DNA from: a virus
Virus record (IMG/VR): IMGVR_UViG_3300045988_126429
Location: 1-63,439 of that record
Reading direction: 5' to 3' (one strand)
Length of the DNA stretch: 63,439 nt
Part shown: positions 15,656 through 23,930 of the stretch, piece after piece
Layout of the letters: each line of letters opens with the position of its first letter
Position numbering within the stretch: position 1 is the stretch's first letter
The notes under the pieces: generated by a model
What the model was told of the DNA's origin: nothing
Seen by the model: the letters and a program-made list of their open reading frames with translations, nothing else
The model's database searches: none
Position numbers and translations under genes: made by a program

Positions 15656-17685
15656 GCTGTCACCTCGTTTAATGCGATAAGATATTCTTCCTCATTCGGG
15701 ACGGGCAAATGGTAGTCGCTGTTGCCAACAAACGTGATTTTATCGCCAGCCTTGCAGTCGACGGCATCAAAGCGGTTGTCCACCTCTGTTACTGTGACGA
15801 TTGGCGTCGCAAGCTCATAGTAAATTGTGATATCATCGTCAACTAAATGCTTTTGAAAAGCTTCGGCTGACTGAATGCTGTCATTGCGCCAACAAAGATT
15901 ATATGCGCTAGCACCATCGTTGATACACATCATGTCTACATCTACGTGTCTGCCTAATTCCATCGCGCTTGTATATCTGTTAATTTGTATAGTTTGAATA
16001 GGCTTGGAGCGTTCCTTAAGTTTGTCGCAAATCATAACAAAACAGGGGATATCATGTGATTGCACACGTTCCACTTGACAGCTAGCTAATTCGATAGACG
16101 GCACCACCCCTACCCTCTGCGTATGGCGTTGGTAATATTTGCCGTTCTGCTCGTAAAACTCTAAGCTGTCATATACACTGCCTGCTGATTTTAGGGAGAT
16201 TTTGTTGGGCAGTGAGATAACCTTATCACCCACCTGTACATCTGTAACATCAGCTGACACGAGTGTGCCTGCATTGTAAGGGTAATCGGGACGCGTGAGC
16301 ATTGCTTGAAATTGCTCTAACGTAGGCTCGTTACCTGCGCCAAACATTTGGGTAAGGTCGATACATTGAATGTTTTTGCATGAAATTGTAGCGCCGATGA
16401 CTGTAGTAGCGCCTGCAGCACGCACTCCTACAACAGATTTTATTGATTTAGCGGCAATATTCATCGCAGCATAGCCGCTCCATTCCGTGCCGTGTAACAC
16501 AACACTGTTTTCCGTCCCAAAAGCATCTTGGTAAACATAAGGACACAGTATGGTGTTGTTCTCACGGTCACTTTTTGCTTCAGCGTACATATAATATTTA
16601 TGATTTTTTATAAATTTCACGAATTGAGCCACGCCCTGCCATTTCTCCGTCACAGTAAACATAGCAACATTATTATTGACAATTATTGGTTGTGTGCCAT
16701 ACACGCGCCAAACGCTATTTGCATCTATATCTGTTTCAAATTTTACATCTTGTATACTCTGATTACTCGCCACGCTCCGGCCGCCAATCAATTTGACGTC
16801 CATAACCTTAGCCCCGCTAGGCACATCCTTGCTGTACGCTGTCTCGCTGTCAGTCTCATAGCGGTGGGTAATGCCTTTGCCCAAGTCGTAAAGCACGGAT
16901 ATACGGCGGTTAGCGTGTTTTAGCTCAGCTTTAAGGTGCTCGTTGTCAGCCTGCAATGTATCAGCAGTATCTCTGATGCCGTCAGCCGCTCCCTGCGCCC
17001 TGTCAGCCTGTGCCGTTGCCTGTGTGATAATCTCTGCTCCCTGCGCATCAATATCGGCTTTTGCCTTAGTGATAACCTCAGCCATGGCCTGTGATGCATT
17101 GTCGAGCATTGTCTGCGTGTCAGTCTTGATTTGCCCTGCCTGCTCCATGTATGTTTGAGCATTGCCCGCCGCCTCGACCGCCTGACCTGTCAACTCAGTA
17201 ACAGATTTTTTATCAGACGCCACCTGTTCAGCGTCACGATTAACTTGCTCCGCTTGCTCTGTGACCTGCTGTGCTGACAACTCTGCATTATCAGCAGATG
17301 CCCCGGCATCGGTAGAGTGTTTTTCTGCGCTCTTGTTGCTCTTCTCTGCGTTTGCAGCAGACTGAGCGGACTCGTAAGCACTGCTCTGAGCATTTATTTC
17401 GCTGGTCTTCGCGTTACCTTCGCTAAGCTTAGCATTGCCTTCAGACAGCGCGGCTTTCTTTTCAGATTCGGCAGCCTGCTTCGCAGATTCAGCAGCAGCT
17501 TTTGCACTTGCAGCAGCGTTAACCGTCAGCGCAGTTGTCGCGCCCTTGCTTGCCTCTGCATCATCAGCATAACCTCTTGCAGCATCTTCAGTTGGCTTCA
17601 CTCTGAGCCGCCGCCTCTTTACTAGTCTCAGCAGCCTTTTCGCTCGCCTTAGCGTTCTTTTCAGACTGTAATGCTGCCGCCGCAC
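15652..17685 (-). CDS. tail fibre, distal part (coiled-coil repeats plus C-terminal receptor-binding-like domain); true start unclear
   Basis: A/S/E/K-rich repeats AAESAKQAAESEKKAALSEGNAKLSEGNAK; C-terminus has LTQMFGAGNEPT; the first ~30 codons (MRRQHYSLKRTLRR...) look non-coding. Confidence 0.75.
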   Translation of the reverse strand: MRRQHYSLKRTLRRAKRLLRLVKRRRLRVKPTEDAARGYADDAEASKGATTALTVNAAASAKAAAESAKQAAESEKKAALSEGNAKLSEGNAKTSEINAQSSAYESAQSAANAEKSNKSAEKHSTDAGASADNAELSAQQVTEQAEQVNRDAEQVASDKKSVTELTGQAVEAAGNAQTYMEQAGQIKTDTQTMLDNASQAMAEVITKAKADIDAQGAEIITQATAQADRAQGAADGIRDTADTLQADNEHLKAELKHANRRISVLYDLGKGITHRYETDSETAYSKDVPSGAKVMDVKLIGGRSVASNQSIQDVKFETDIDANSVWRVYGTQPIIVNNNVAMFTVTEKWQGVAQFVKFIKNHKYYMYAEAKSDRENNTILCPYVYQDAFGTENSVVLHGTEWSGYAAMNIAAKSIKSVVGVRAAGATTVIGATISCKNIQCIDLTQMFGAGNEPTLEQFQAMLTRPDYPYNAGTLVSADVTDVQVGDKVISLPNKISLKSAGSVYDSLEFYEQNGKYYQRHTQRVGVVPSIELASCQVERVQSHDIPCFVMICDKLKERSKPIQTIQINRYTSAMELGRHVDVDMMCINDGASAYNLCWRNDSIQSAEAFQKHLVDDDITIYYELATPIVTVTEVDNRFDAVDCKAGDKITFVGNSDYHLPVPNEEEYLIALNEVTA

Positions 17686-18130
17686 TGTCTGCTGCTTCCT
17701 TCGCGCTCTGAGCGGCGTTGGTTGCGCTTGTAGCGGTCTTTAAACTCTCATCGCGTACCTTGCCAAGAACTTCTTCTAGATAAGTCGGCGTTAATCGTTC
17801 TTCGTCAGGATTATCAAAAGCTCGACCGGAGATAAGTAACAATTTGTCTTCTGCTGTTGCCGTTATATTCTTACCGTTGTTTCGTCCAACAACAGACATA
17901 ATAACTTCGCCTTGATCAGAAATGCATTGGGCAGGAATGATACATTTGTTATCTTGGATATACATTTCATAGGTATTTTGCCCATCCTTAAATAATGCCC
18001 ATTTTTCAAGTTCGGTCCAGTCAGAAGACTGAAAATCAAATAAACATTCAATAAAATTATTAGTTCCACACACAATTTTATTGCTGCTTAAAGTAAGGCG
18101 TTGTGTTTTTATAATAATTTTAATTTGCAT
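17588..18130 (-). CDS. tail fibre, proximal part (Ig-like N-domain plus the start of the same A/S/E/K repeats)
   Basis: 180 aa; ends ...SAKEAADSAAAALQSEKNAKASEKAAETSKEAAAQSEAN*, and the repeats continue in the next ORF in another frame. Confidence 0.7.
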   Translation of the reverse strand: MQIKIIIKTQRLTLSSNKIVCGTNNFIECLFDFQSSDWTELEKWALFKDGQNTYEMYIQDNKCIIPAQCISDQGEVIMSVVGRNNGKNITATAEDKLLLISGRAFDNPDEERLTPTYLEEVLGKVRDESLKTATSATNAAQSAKEAADSAAAALQSEKNAKASEKAAETSKEAAAQSEAN

Positions 18131-18142
18131 TGTTTTAACCTC

Positions 18143-18721
18143 TTACAATTCTATGTTGTCGAGTTCAAAAACAGTTTTGCAAGCTTCTACTTCAGCCTGT
18201 TTTTTCCATCCTTCTTGCTTGCAACCTCCTATATGCATTGACAAATCAGCCATCCATTTCATGACCTGCGACGGATTAAGCCAAAATACAGATTTGCTGT
18301 TCTGCCCGTCAGCAACTCCGCGCACCGGGCAACCTGCAGGATATTTTTCCGCAAATTGTTCCGTGTTTACATTAAGAGCAATCCCTTGCATAGTAAGCTG
18401 AGTATCTACATCACTGTCATAGGTGACTTTTTTTCCACTTGCTTCACTAACAAAACCTCCAGTAATTTTACTTGCAGTCCACTCATCAATCTCTTTCAGT
18501 TTAAGTTTCTTTTGAAATGCTAAAATAAGTTCCTCATCATCTTTTGGGAAAACAACATCACCATTTTCATCAAGAGAAAAATCGGTGGGAGTAGCAGAAG
18601 AACTAATATTTTTAATAACATACTCGTCAACACCATTATCCATGCCTACAATATAGTTTTTCAAAGAATCTTCGGAAGCACTAATAGCAATACCTTTTTT
18701 GTTTTTAAACAAATAAAACAT
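18143..18721 (-). CDS. hypothetical tail-fibre-module protein
   Basis: 192-aa ORF, AAGAGGTGA RBS; position between fibre genes. Confidence 0.5.
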   Translation of the reverse strand: MFYLFKNKKGIAISASEDSLKNYIVGMDNGVDEYVIKNISSSATPTDFSLDENGDVVFPKDDEELILAFQKKLKLKEIDEWTASKITGGFVSEASGKKVTYDSDVDTQLTMQGIALNVNTEQFAEKYPAGCPVRGVADGQNSKSVFWLNPSQVMKWMADLSMHIGGCKQEGWKKQAEVEACKTVFELDNIEL

Positions 18722-18734
18722 TTATTTCACCTCT

Positions 18735-19319
18735 TTAATACTTAACGCCATAAATTTCAATAATAGAGCAGTTTTGAGTTTCAGTGTACCAAATAGTATC
18801 TGTCGAAAGAGGATGAGTAGTTGTTCCAGATTGTACTCCCGAATACAGTAACCAATAAATAGAGTCAGTGTTCAAAAGATTAAAATAAGACCCCTCAGAA
18901 AATGCTTTTTGTAATTCCCAAACATCCCACAAAGTGTATTTTGAACTATTACCTCTATCATCATTGCCAACCACCAAAATCTTATCATACAGTGTGTAAG
19001 ATTCTTTAAGCATTATTGTGCTTGGCATGTTGTCACTTCCACCAGATGTTGTCGGGAAAGAAGCATCACCACCATAAGCTTTGATTCCTGTACCTGTATT
19101 AATAATATTTCTTACATCTGTACCGCCATTTCTTGTTTTCATTGTGTCCCAATCAATCAACGCTACAAGGGTAGGTGTAGTGTTTCCTGCTAATTTGTCG
19201 AGCAAATCAGTCTTAACAAAAGCAAAATCATCACTCCCTACACTAGAGATATTTTTATTGAAACTGTTATAACTAGGAAATACATGAATTTTATCTAACT
19301 TACCTGTTGTACTTGCCAT
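18735..19319 (-). CDS. hypothetical tail-fibre-module protein
   Basis: 194-aa ORF, AAGGAGGT RBS. Confidence 0.5.
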   Translation of the reverse strand: MASTTGKLDKIHVFPSYNSFNKNISSVGSDDFAFVKTDLLDKLAGNTTPTLVALIDWDTMKTRNGGTDVRNIINTGTGIKAYGGDASFPTTSGGSDNMPSTIMLKESYTLYDKILVVGNDDRGNSSKYTLWDVWELQKAFSEGSYFNLLNTDSIYWLLYSGVQSGTTTHPLSTDTIWYTETQNCSIIEIYGVKY

Positions 19320-19331
19320 TTTTTTACCTCC

Positions 19332-19535
19332 TTATAAATCACTCACCGTTGCAGTCAACTCATTAATATCAGTGCCCCAACTAAATGTAACCCCATCAAC
19401 AGAATCAGAAATATTAAGGGTCAGATTATACGTTTTCCCCGATGTAACAGCAACTATACTGTGCATGTCTTGATGGTCGGAGTTACCTTCATCCTCAAAA
19501 CGGGAGTCACTATACCCACTGCCCCATATTTTTTT
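19332..19535 (-). other. -1-frame C-terminal extension of the glycine-rich fibre gene, entered at an A7 run
   Basis: A AAA AAA at 19535-19529 in the 0 frame; the -1 frame stays open for 65 codons (IWGSGYSDSRFEDEGNS...TFSWGTDINELTATVSDL*) and ends 12 nt before the next ATG. Confidence 0.5.
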
Positions 19536-21094
19536 GTACTGTTGTTTATAACAGAAATTGCATAGCTATCCTCCTCTTCAAGTGGCGCATCCGCTGTTAA
19601 GCAATCTGCATCAACTTTAATTTTTGTAATACCAATTGGAACAGTAAAGGATGTAGAGGTTTCAGAAGAACTAAAGTGCTTTTCTCCTGTTATTACAGAT
19701 ATAAATTTCACTTCTAGCACTTCTATTGCCCCGTATTGCACGTTATATACCGCAGTATGTAAAACTCCACTACTATCAATATATTCAAATGTAAGCTTCT
19801 CTTTACTACCCCATGTTTTAAAGGACAGAGAGAATACCCCTAATTGATTAGTATGGTGTGTTTCTCCATTAACTGTAACTGTGCTTCCCATAATAGCATT
19901 ATCATCTAAATAGCATCTACACGTCAATTCAGCTTTTTTATTTACTGTAGGTATATATGGTGTTGTTCCATCGTATTCAATAATAACAAAACCTTGTGTT
20001 CCGTCGCTTACTCTATATCTAAATGCACGGTCATTGTCATTACTATAAAAGGTATTTTTACCACCTGCGCCTACAACAATCTGAATAGTGCTGTTAGGAG
20101 TTACTTCAACCTCTGCATCTACAATAAATGCACCACTATTTCCTGCGACACCAATTTGATTAGAAGTTCCGTCAGTGTCATAAAAATGATAAGAGCCACC
20201 ACCTGCACCATAGATGTTAAACGATTCAAAAGTTCCTGTAGGTGCATATGTTACGCTATCTTTAGTTCCAAGCACATCAGCATAGTAATACCCAACCTTT
20301 CCCATTACGTCTGCTAAAGTAGCAATACCATTCTTGTTAAGTAAAAAACCATATCCATGTACAGTAAAGTCTCTATTTCTAGCGGTAACATATTCCCCTC
20401 TTACACCATTTTTAGAAGCAACAGGCTGATTAACAGTCATTACATTACCACTTCTTAAAGTAGCAGTTGCACCTTGTCCTCCGGGGATAACATAACTGCC
20501 AACTTTCGTATCTCCGCCGTTTCCTGCTTGCATATCCAACGTGGGGCAGGAATTATAAGCACCAACAGTAATACCGCCTGCTCCACCACCACAACCAGTA
20601 ACATATAATTTTGTAATTCTAGCAGGGATTCTCAAACTGTAAGTACCTACATTTTTATAGACAAGCCTTGTACGCTTTAACGTAACTACATCTTTATACA
20701 GTAGATACTTTGAGCCGTCTTTTTTTTGCATCTCAAAAACAGTTTTCGGAATGCTACTCATTTTTTGGGAATACTTATCTTTATCAACCTTATAAGATAA
20801 AATGCAAAATCCGTCTACACCGTTACCGCCTGTACTGCCTTTCGTAGAACTCGACTTACCAACAGGAGAACCACTATCAGCATAGTTGGATGTATTGCTC
20901 GCATTATAAATTCCACCTCTAGCAGTTACACCTAATGCAGAAGAATCCTCTCCTGTTGTACCATAAACATAGTTAGAATTATTGGCTGTTACACCCTTGC
21001 CACCTTTTCCACCAGCACCAATAGTAATAGTGTACTGTGTTCCAGGTATAACACTAATAACTCTTGTTACACGTTCTCCATAACCTATAGTCAT
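19454..21094 (-). CDS. glycine-rich-domain tail fibre protein (C-terminal portion of a split gene)
   Basis: Start MTIGYGE after AAAGAGGTGA; begins mid-domain (RVTRVISVIPGTQYTITIGAGGKGG...GGNGVDGFCILSY), then an intact copy VGTYSLRIPARITKLYVTGCGGGAGG...GFVIIEYDG. Confidence 0.75.
   Translation of the reverse strand: MTIGYGERVTRVISVIPGTQYTITIGAGGKGGKGVTANNSNYVYGTTGEDSSALGVTARGGIYNASNTSNYADSGSPVGKSSSTKGSTGGNGVDGFCILSYKVDKDKYSQKMSSIPKTVFEMQKKDGSKYLLYKDVVTLKRTRLVYKNVGTYSLRIPARITKLYVTGCGGGAGGITVGAYNSCPTLDMQAGNGGDTKVGSYVIPGGQGATATLRSGNVMTVNQPVASKNGVRGEYVTARNRDFTVHGYGFLLNKNGIATLADVMGKVGYYYADVLGTKDSVTYAPTGTFESFNIYGAGGGSYHFYDTDGTSNQIGVAGNSGAFIVDAEVEVTPNSTIQIVVGAGGKNTFYSNDNDRAFRYRVSDGTQGFVIIEYDGTTPYIPTVNKKAELTCRCYLDDNAIMGSTVTVNGETHHTNQLGVFSLSFKTWGSKEKLTFEYIDSSGVLHTAVYNVQYGAIEVLEVKFISVITGEKHFSSSETSTSFTVPIGITKIKVDADCLTADAPLEEEDSYAISVINNSTKKYGAVGIVTPVLRMKVTPTIKTCTV
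21074..21084. repeat. 11-bp direct repeat, downstream copy, flanking the radical-SAM cassette
   Basis: Minus strand GTTATGGAGAA, read in frame as (G)YGE in the 546-aa ORF; identical to 22193..22203. Confidence 0.9.
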
Positions 21095-21096
21095 TT

Positions 21097-22161
21097 CTAC
21101 ATCACCTCTTTTATTGCTCCCCAAAATTCTCGCAAGTAATCACAATAACATAATTCACCATCTTTCTGCACTGCAATGGGACAAATGCAACGGCAAATAT
21201 CCAAATGCTCGCAAGTTTTGCATTTAACAGGCAGAAGTTCCTCAAAAATTTTTCTATGTTTTTCTTGCAACTCTATAAAGTTATCTGTAATATAACCCAC
21301 AATTCTATCAGTATTGTGACACAGCATAACTTCTCCATTAAAATTTACACTAAGACTTACAATAGCAGGACGGCAAGGGGGATATGGATATTCATAAAAT
21401 TCTTCTTTATCAAAATTCCTTACACGCAAAATTTTTGAGAAAAACCAATGTCTTGCATAAGGTGCAATTTTACTATCAGAATTAGCAAATAACCACAAAT
21501 TCTTAACCGCTTTTTTTATTACACTAGGCTCAAATTGGTATAGGTCAAGTGGTGTATGCTCACTCAACACATTAATAAACCCACAAGTAATTTCTGTTTC
21601 GGGGAAAGTGTAATGTAGCCAATCAAAAGCTTCTACCATATTGTCATTAATAGCACTAAAAACAGTATTAACCGTTCTTTTTCTTATACGTAAAAACTTT
21701 TTGCAGGCTTCTTTACTAGGGACTGCATTTCTCGCCGCTCTTGCGTTTGGCGCATCATAACTCATAATAAACCAAATATTATTCTCATTACAGAAGTCAA
21801 CTATCTCATCATTTAAAAGCAATCCGTTACTAAAAATCCTATAGCTAACATTCTTTACACCGTTTTTCTTAAATTCAAGCACAAGCTTCTTAATGGTTTC
21901 CCAATAAAGTAAAGGTTCTCCACCCCAAAAATATAATCGGCGAGGATTATTTTCAGCGTACTTCCAAGGCAGGTTACTCCACATAACTATAAAGTCTTTA
22001 ACATCTTGTGATAACTCTTTTCCATGTGGAGAAAGATTAAAGCAACTTTTAATAGGTGTTTGAACACAATGCCTACATGACATATTACAAGCAGCCCCAA
22101 GTAAAAGATAAATAGCACCCAGGTCATTAAGGTCATGTATTTCTTCGCTAAAGTTTTTCAT
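21097..22161 (-). CDS. radical SAM enzyme with C-terminal SPASM-type Cys cluster
   Basis: CNMSCRHC (CxxxCxxC), GGEPLL, C-terminal CRP...NGEVMLCHN...CKTCEHLDICRCICP; start ATG 22161 (alternative 22200). Confidence 0.85.
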   Translation of the reverse strand: MKNFSEEIHDLNDLGAIYLLLGAACNMSCRHCVQTPIKSCFNLSPHGKELSQDVKDFIVMWSNLPWKYAENNPRRLYFWGGEPLLYWETIKKLVLEFKKNGVKNVSYRIFSNGLLLNDEIVDFCNENNIWFIMSYDAPNARAARNAVPSKEACKKFLRIRKRTVNTVFSAINDNMVEAFDWLHYTFPETEITCGFINVLSEHTPLDLYQFEPSVIKKAVKNLWLFANSDSKIAPYARHWFFSKILRVRNFDKEEFYEYPYPPCRPAIVSLSVNFNGEVMLCHNTDRIVGYITDNFIELQEKHRKIFEELLPVKCKTCEHLDICRCICPIAVQKDGELCYCDYLREFWGAIKEVM

Positions 22162-22168
22162 ACGCACT

Positions 22169-22360
22169 TTAGTTGCCTTCGCCGCCACTGCCTTCTCCAT
22201 AACTGCCGCCCCCACTTCCACTATTATTTCTGTTTTTGCCACGACCACCAGCTCCTGCTCCCGAAATTTCTACTGTAATTTCAGTAACACCTTCGGGAAC
22301 AGTAAATGTATAAGTTCCAGCATTGCTCCATGATGTAACTACATCTACTTTATCAGCCAT
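22169..22360 (-). CDS. 63-aa glycine-rich ORF: N-terminal fragment of the glycine-rich fibre domain and/or precursor-like peptide
   Basis: AAGAGGT RBS; AGTYTFTVPEGVTEITVEISGAGAGGRGKNRNNSGSGGGSYGEGSGGEGN*; parallels the start of the intact domain in 19454..21094. Confidence 0.65.
   Translation of the reverse strand: MADKVDVVTSWSNAGTYTFTVPEGVTEITVEISGAGAGGRGKNRNNSGSGGGSYGEGSGGEGN
22193..22203. repeat. 11-bp direct repeat, upstream copy, flanking the radical-SAM cassette
   Basis: Minus strand GTTATGGAGAA, read in frame as (S)YGE in the 63-aa ORF. Confidence 0.9.
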
Positions 22361-22370
22361 AATATACCTC

Positions 22371-22793
22371 TTATTCTGTATAGGTAATCATCGTTACGCC
22401 TATACTATCAATGCCAAGATTTTTTCTTGCAGCTTCAGGAGTTGTAGCTCCTGTGCCACCATTAGCAATAGGCAATGCACCGTCTGTATTGCCCAAACCT
22501 AAAACATTGCGAACGCCAGCAACAGTAGTTTGCCCGGTGCCACCACCAGCAATAGGAAGAACCTTAAATTTTGCGTCACCGCACAATGCCATGTCCTGCT
22601 TTCCTGCCGCTGGAATAGGAACAAGTCCCGCTTTGCCAGCGGCGTTAGATGTTGCCCCTTCCATATTAGCAATATTGACATTGCCTTTAGAATCGGGTTT
22701 TGCGCCATTAACCGAACGAACAAATTTTGCTTTTATTTGTCCTAAAAAATAGCTTAATCCGTCAAGGTCAATTAATTTTTGCAAGTTAGCCAT
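22371..22793 (-). CDS. tail fibre protein (GGTG repeat type)
   Basis: 140 aa; IAGGGTGQTTVAGVRNVLGLG and IANGGTGATTPEAARKNLGI motifs typical of phage fibre N-terminal regions. Confidence 0.65.
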   Translation of the reverse strand: MANLQKLIDLDGLSYFLGQIKAKFVRSVNGAKPDSKGNVNIANMEGATSNAAGKAGLVPIPAAGKQDMALCGDAKFKVLPIAGGGTGQTTVAGVRNVLGLGNTDGALPIANGGTGATTPEAARKNLGIDSIGVTMITYTE

Positions 22794-23242
22794 TATGCCA
22801 GCTCCTTTGTAATCAAATTCTGAATTTCAGATTCAGTTGCCGTCTTCAGCTTGTAAGCCCTGGGAATAACTTCCCAGGTTACTGAGCCGTCGGTATAAGT
22901 TGCTCCGAGCACAGCTTCACGAAAATCTGGTTCACTTACAGCCGTATCGCCGCCAACAGTACATGCTAAGACAAGACTTTTAGGCAAGTTAGGTGACAAT
23001 ACGATGTCACCATTAACATAAGATGTATTGTTCTTGCGAATGTTTAAGCTGTTAAAAAGGTACTGACTTTTTAAATCACTCACATTCTGTAATTTGTTAA
23101 AGTATTCAAGCGGCGGCGCTTCTCCTTTGTCAAGATAGCCCCAACCACGCAGGTAATCAAGCTCAGGCCAAGAATCAATCATCTCACCAATGCTTGCGCT
23201 ACTACCAAAAATCAAATCAAAAGTAGGCTGTTTCATTACCAT
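22793..23242 (-). CDS. baseplate/tail-fibre-proximal protein
   Basis: 149-aa ORF directly after the gpI-like gene. Confidence 0.45.
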   Translation of the reverse strand: MVMKQPTFDLIFGSSASIGEMIDSWPELDYLRGWGYLDKGEAPPLEYFNKLQNVSDLKSQYLFNSLNIRKNNTSYVNGDIVLSPNLPKSLVLACTVGGDTAVSEPDFREAVLGATYTDGSVTWEVIPRAYKLKTATESEIQNLITKELA

Positions 23243-23928
23243 TATTCAACAAGTCCCCCTTTCACCTTTATAATCCTTGCGAATGTTCCTTGATTAAATC
23301 CTTTAAATCTATAGGGATTTTCTCCGCTTCTACTAAAACCGAACGTATTCGCAGCATCGAACGAATATACATAAATAACGCCGATACCTGCGCCACGGAT
23401 AATAAGGTTCAGTGCATCAATCAAACGGCTTTCCTTGCTGGTTACTACGCGCCCTATTCCTATGCGCATTTTAGCATTTCCTGCATTAACAGCGGAAACG
23501 CGTTCGACATTAAAAACATTCTTTATACTATGTATTGTGCTAACGCGAGAGCAGTCAGTCGTGTTTTTCTCAATTTTAGAGATAACAGCAAGACGGTAGT
23601 GCTGGTCGTTCAAGTCGCTGGATGCAAGATAATTATCATACATACGTCTAAACGGAGCTTGTCCGAATCCCATGTTGCCATGATCGGGAAAGCCAAAAAA
23701 ATCCATTGCAATAGCGTTTTCAACACGGCGAGAAATATCAGCGACTTCACCGCACATATCAAGCTGCTTACCAACTGCCGTATCTGGCCATATCTGTGTC
23801 CTTATCTGCTCCCTTACTTTATCTATGCTGTCGAGTTCGTTTCCGACGGCATTAAGAAAAGCTTTAATGTTGGGTTTGTTACGAAACTGACTTAACAAAT
23901 GGTTATACATTCTTTCGCTTGTAGTCAT
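23242..23928 (-). CDS. baseplate wedge protein (gpI-like)
   Basis: 228 aa; LLSQFRNKPNIKAFLNAVGNELDSI...AVGKQLDMCGEVADISR pattern; follows the baseplate J gene. Confidence 0.6.
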   Translation of the reverse strand: MTTSERMYNHLLSQFRNKPNIKAFLNAVGNELDSIDKVREQIRTQIWPDTAVGKQLDMCGEVADISRRVENAIAMDFFGFPDHGNMGFGQAPFRRMYDNYLASSDLNDQHYRLAVISKIEKNTTDCSRVSTIHSIKNVFNVERVSAVNAGNAKMRIGIGRVVTSKESRLIDALNLIIRGAGIGVIYVYSFDAANTFGFSRSGENPYRFKGFNQGTFARIIKVKGGLVE

Positions 23929-23930
23929 GA

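Noticed and set aside
16528-17625. Several 67-131-aa ORFs on both strands within the distal tail-fibre gene
   Set aside because: All are nested in the 677-aa fibre ORF, whose repeat region is stop-poor in every frame. None has an RBS or plausible composition.
22411-22752. Plus-strand ORFs (113 and 71 aa) and a second minus-strand frame (22499..22723) over the GGTG-repeat fibre gene
   Set aside because: The Gly/Ala/Thr-rich coding sequence keeps several frames open. Only 22371..22793 has an RBS, a sensible start and recognisable fibre motifs.
23290-23895. 201-aa plus-strand ORF
   Set aside because: It is antisense to the gpI-like baseplate gene, has no RBS and lies inside an uninterrupted minus-strand operon.
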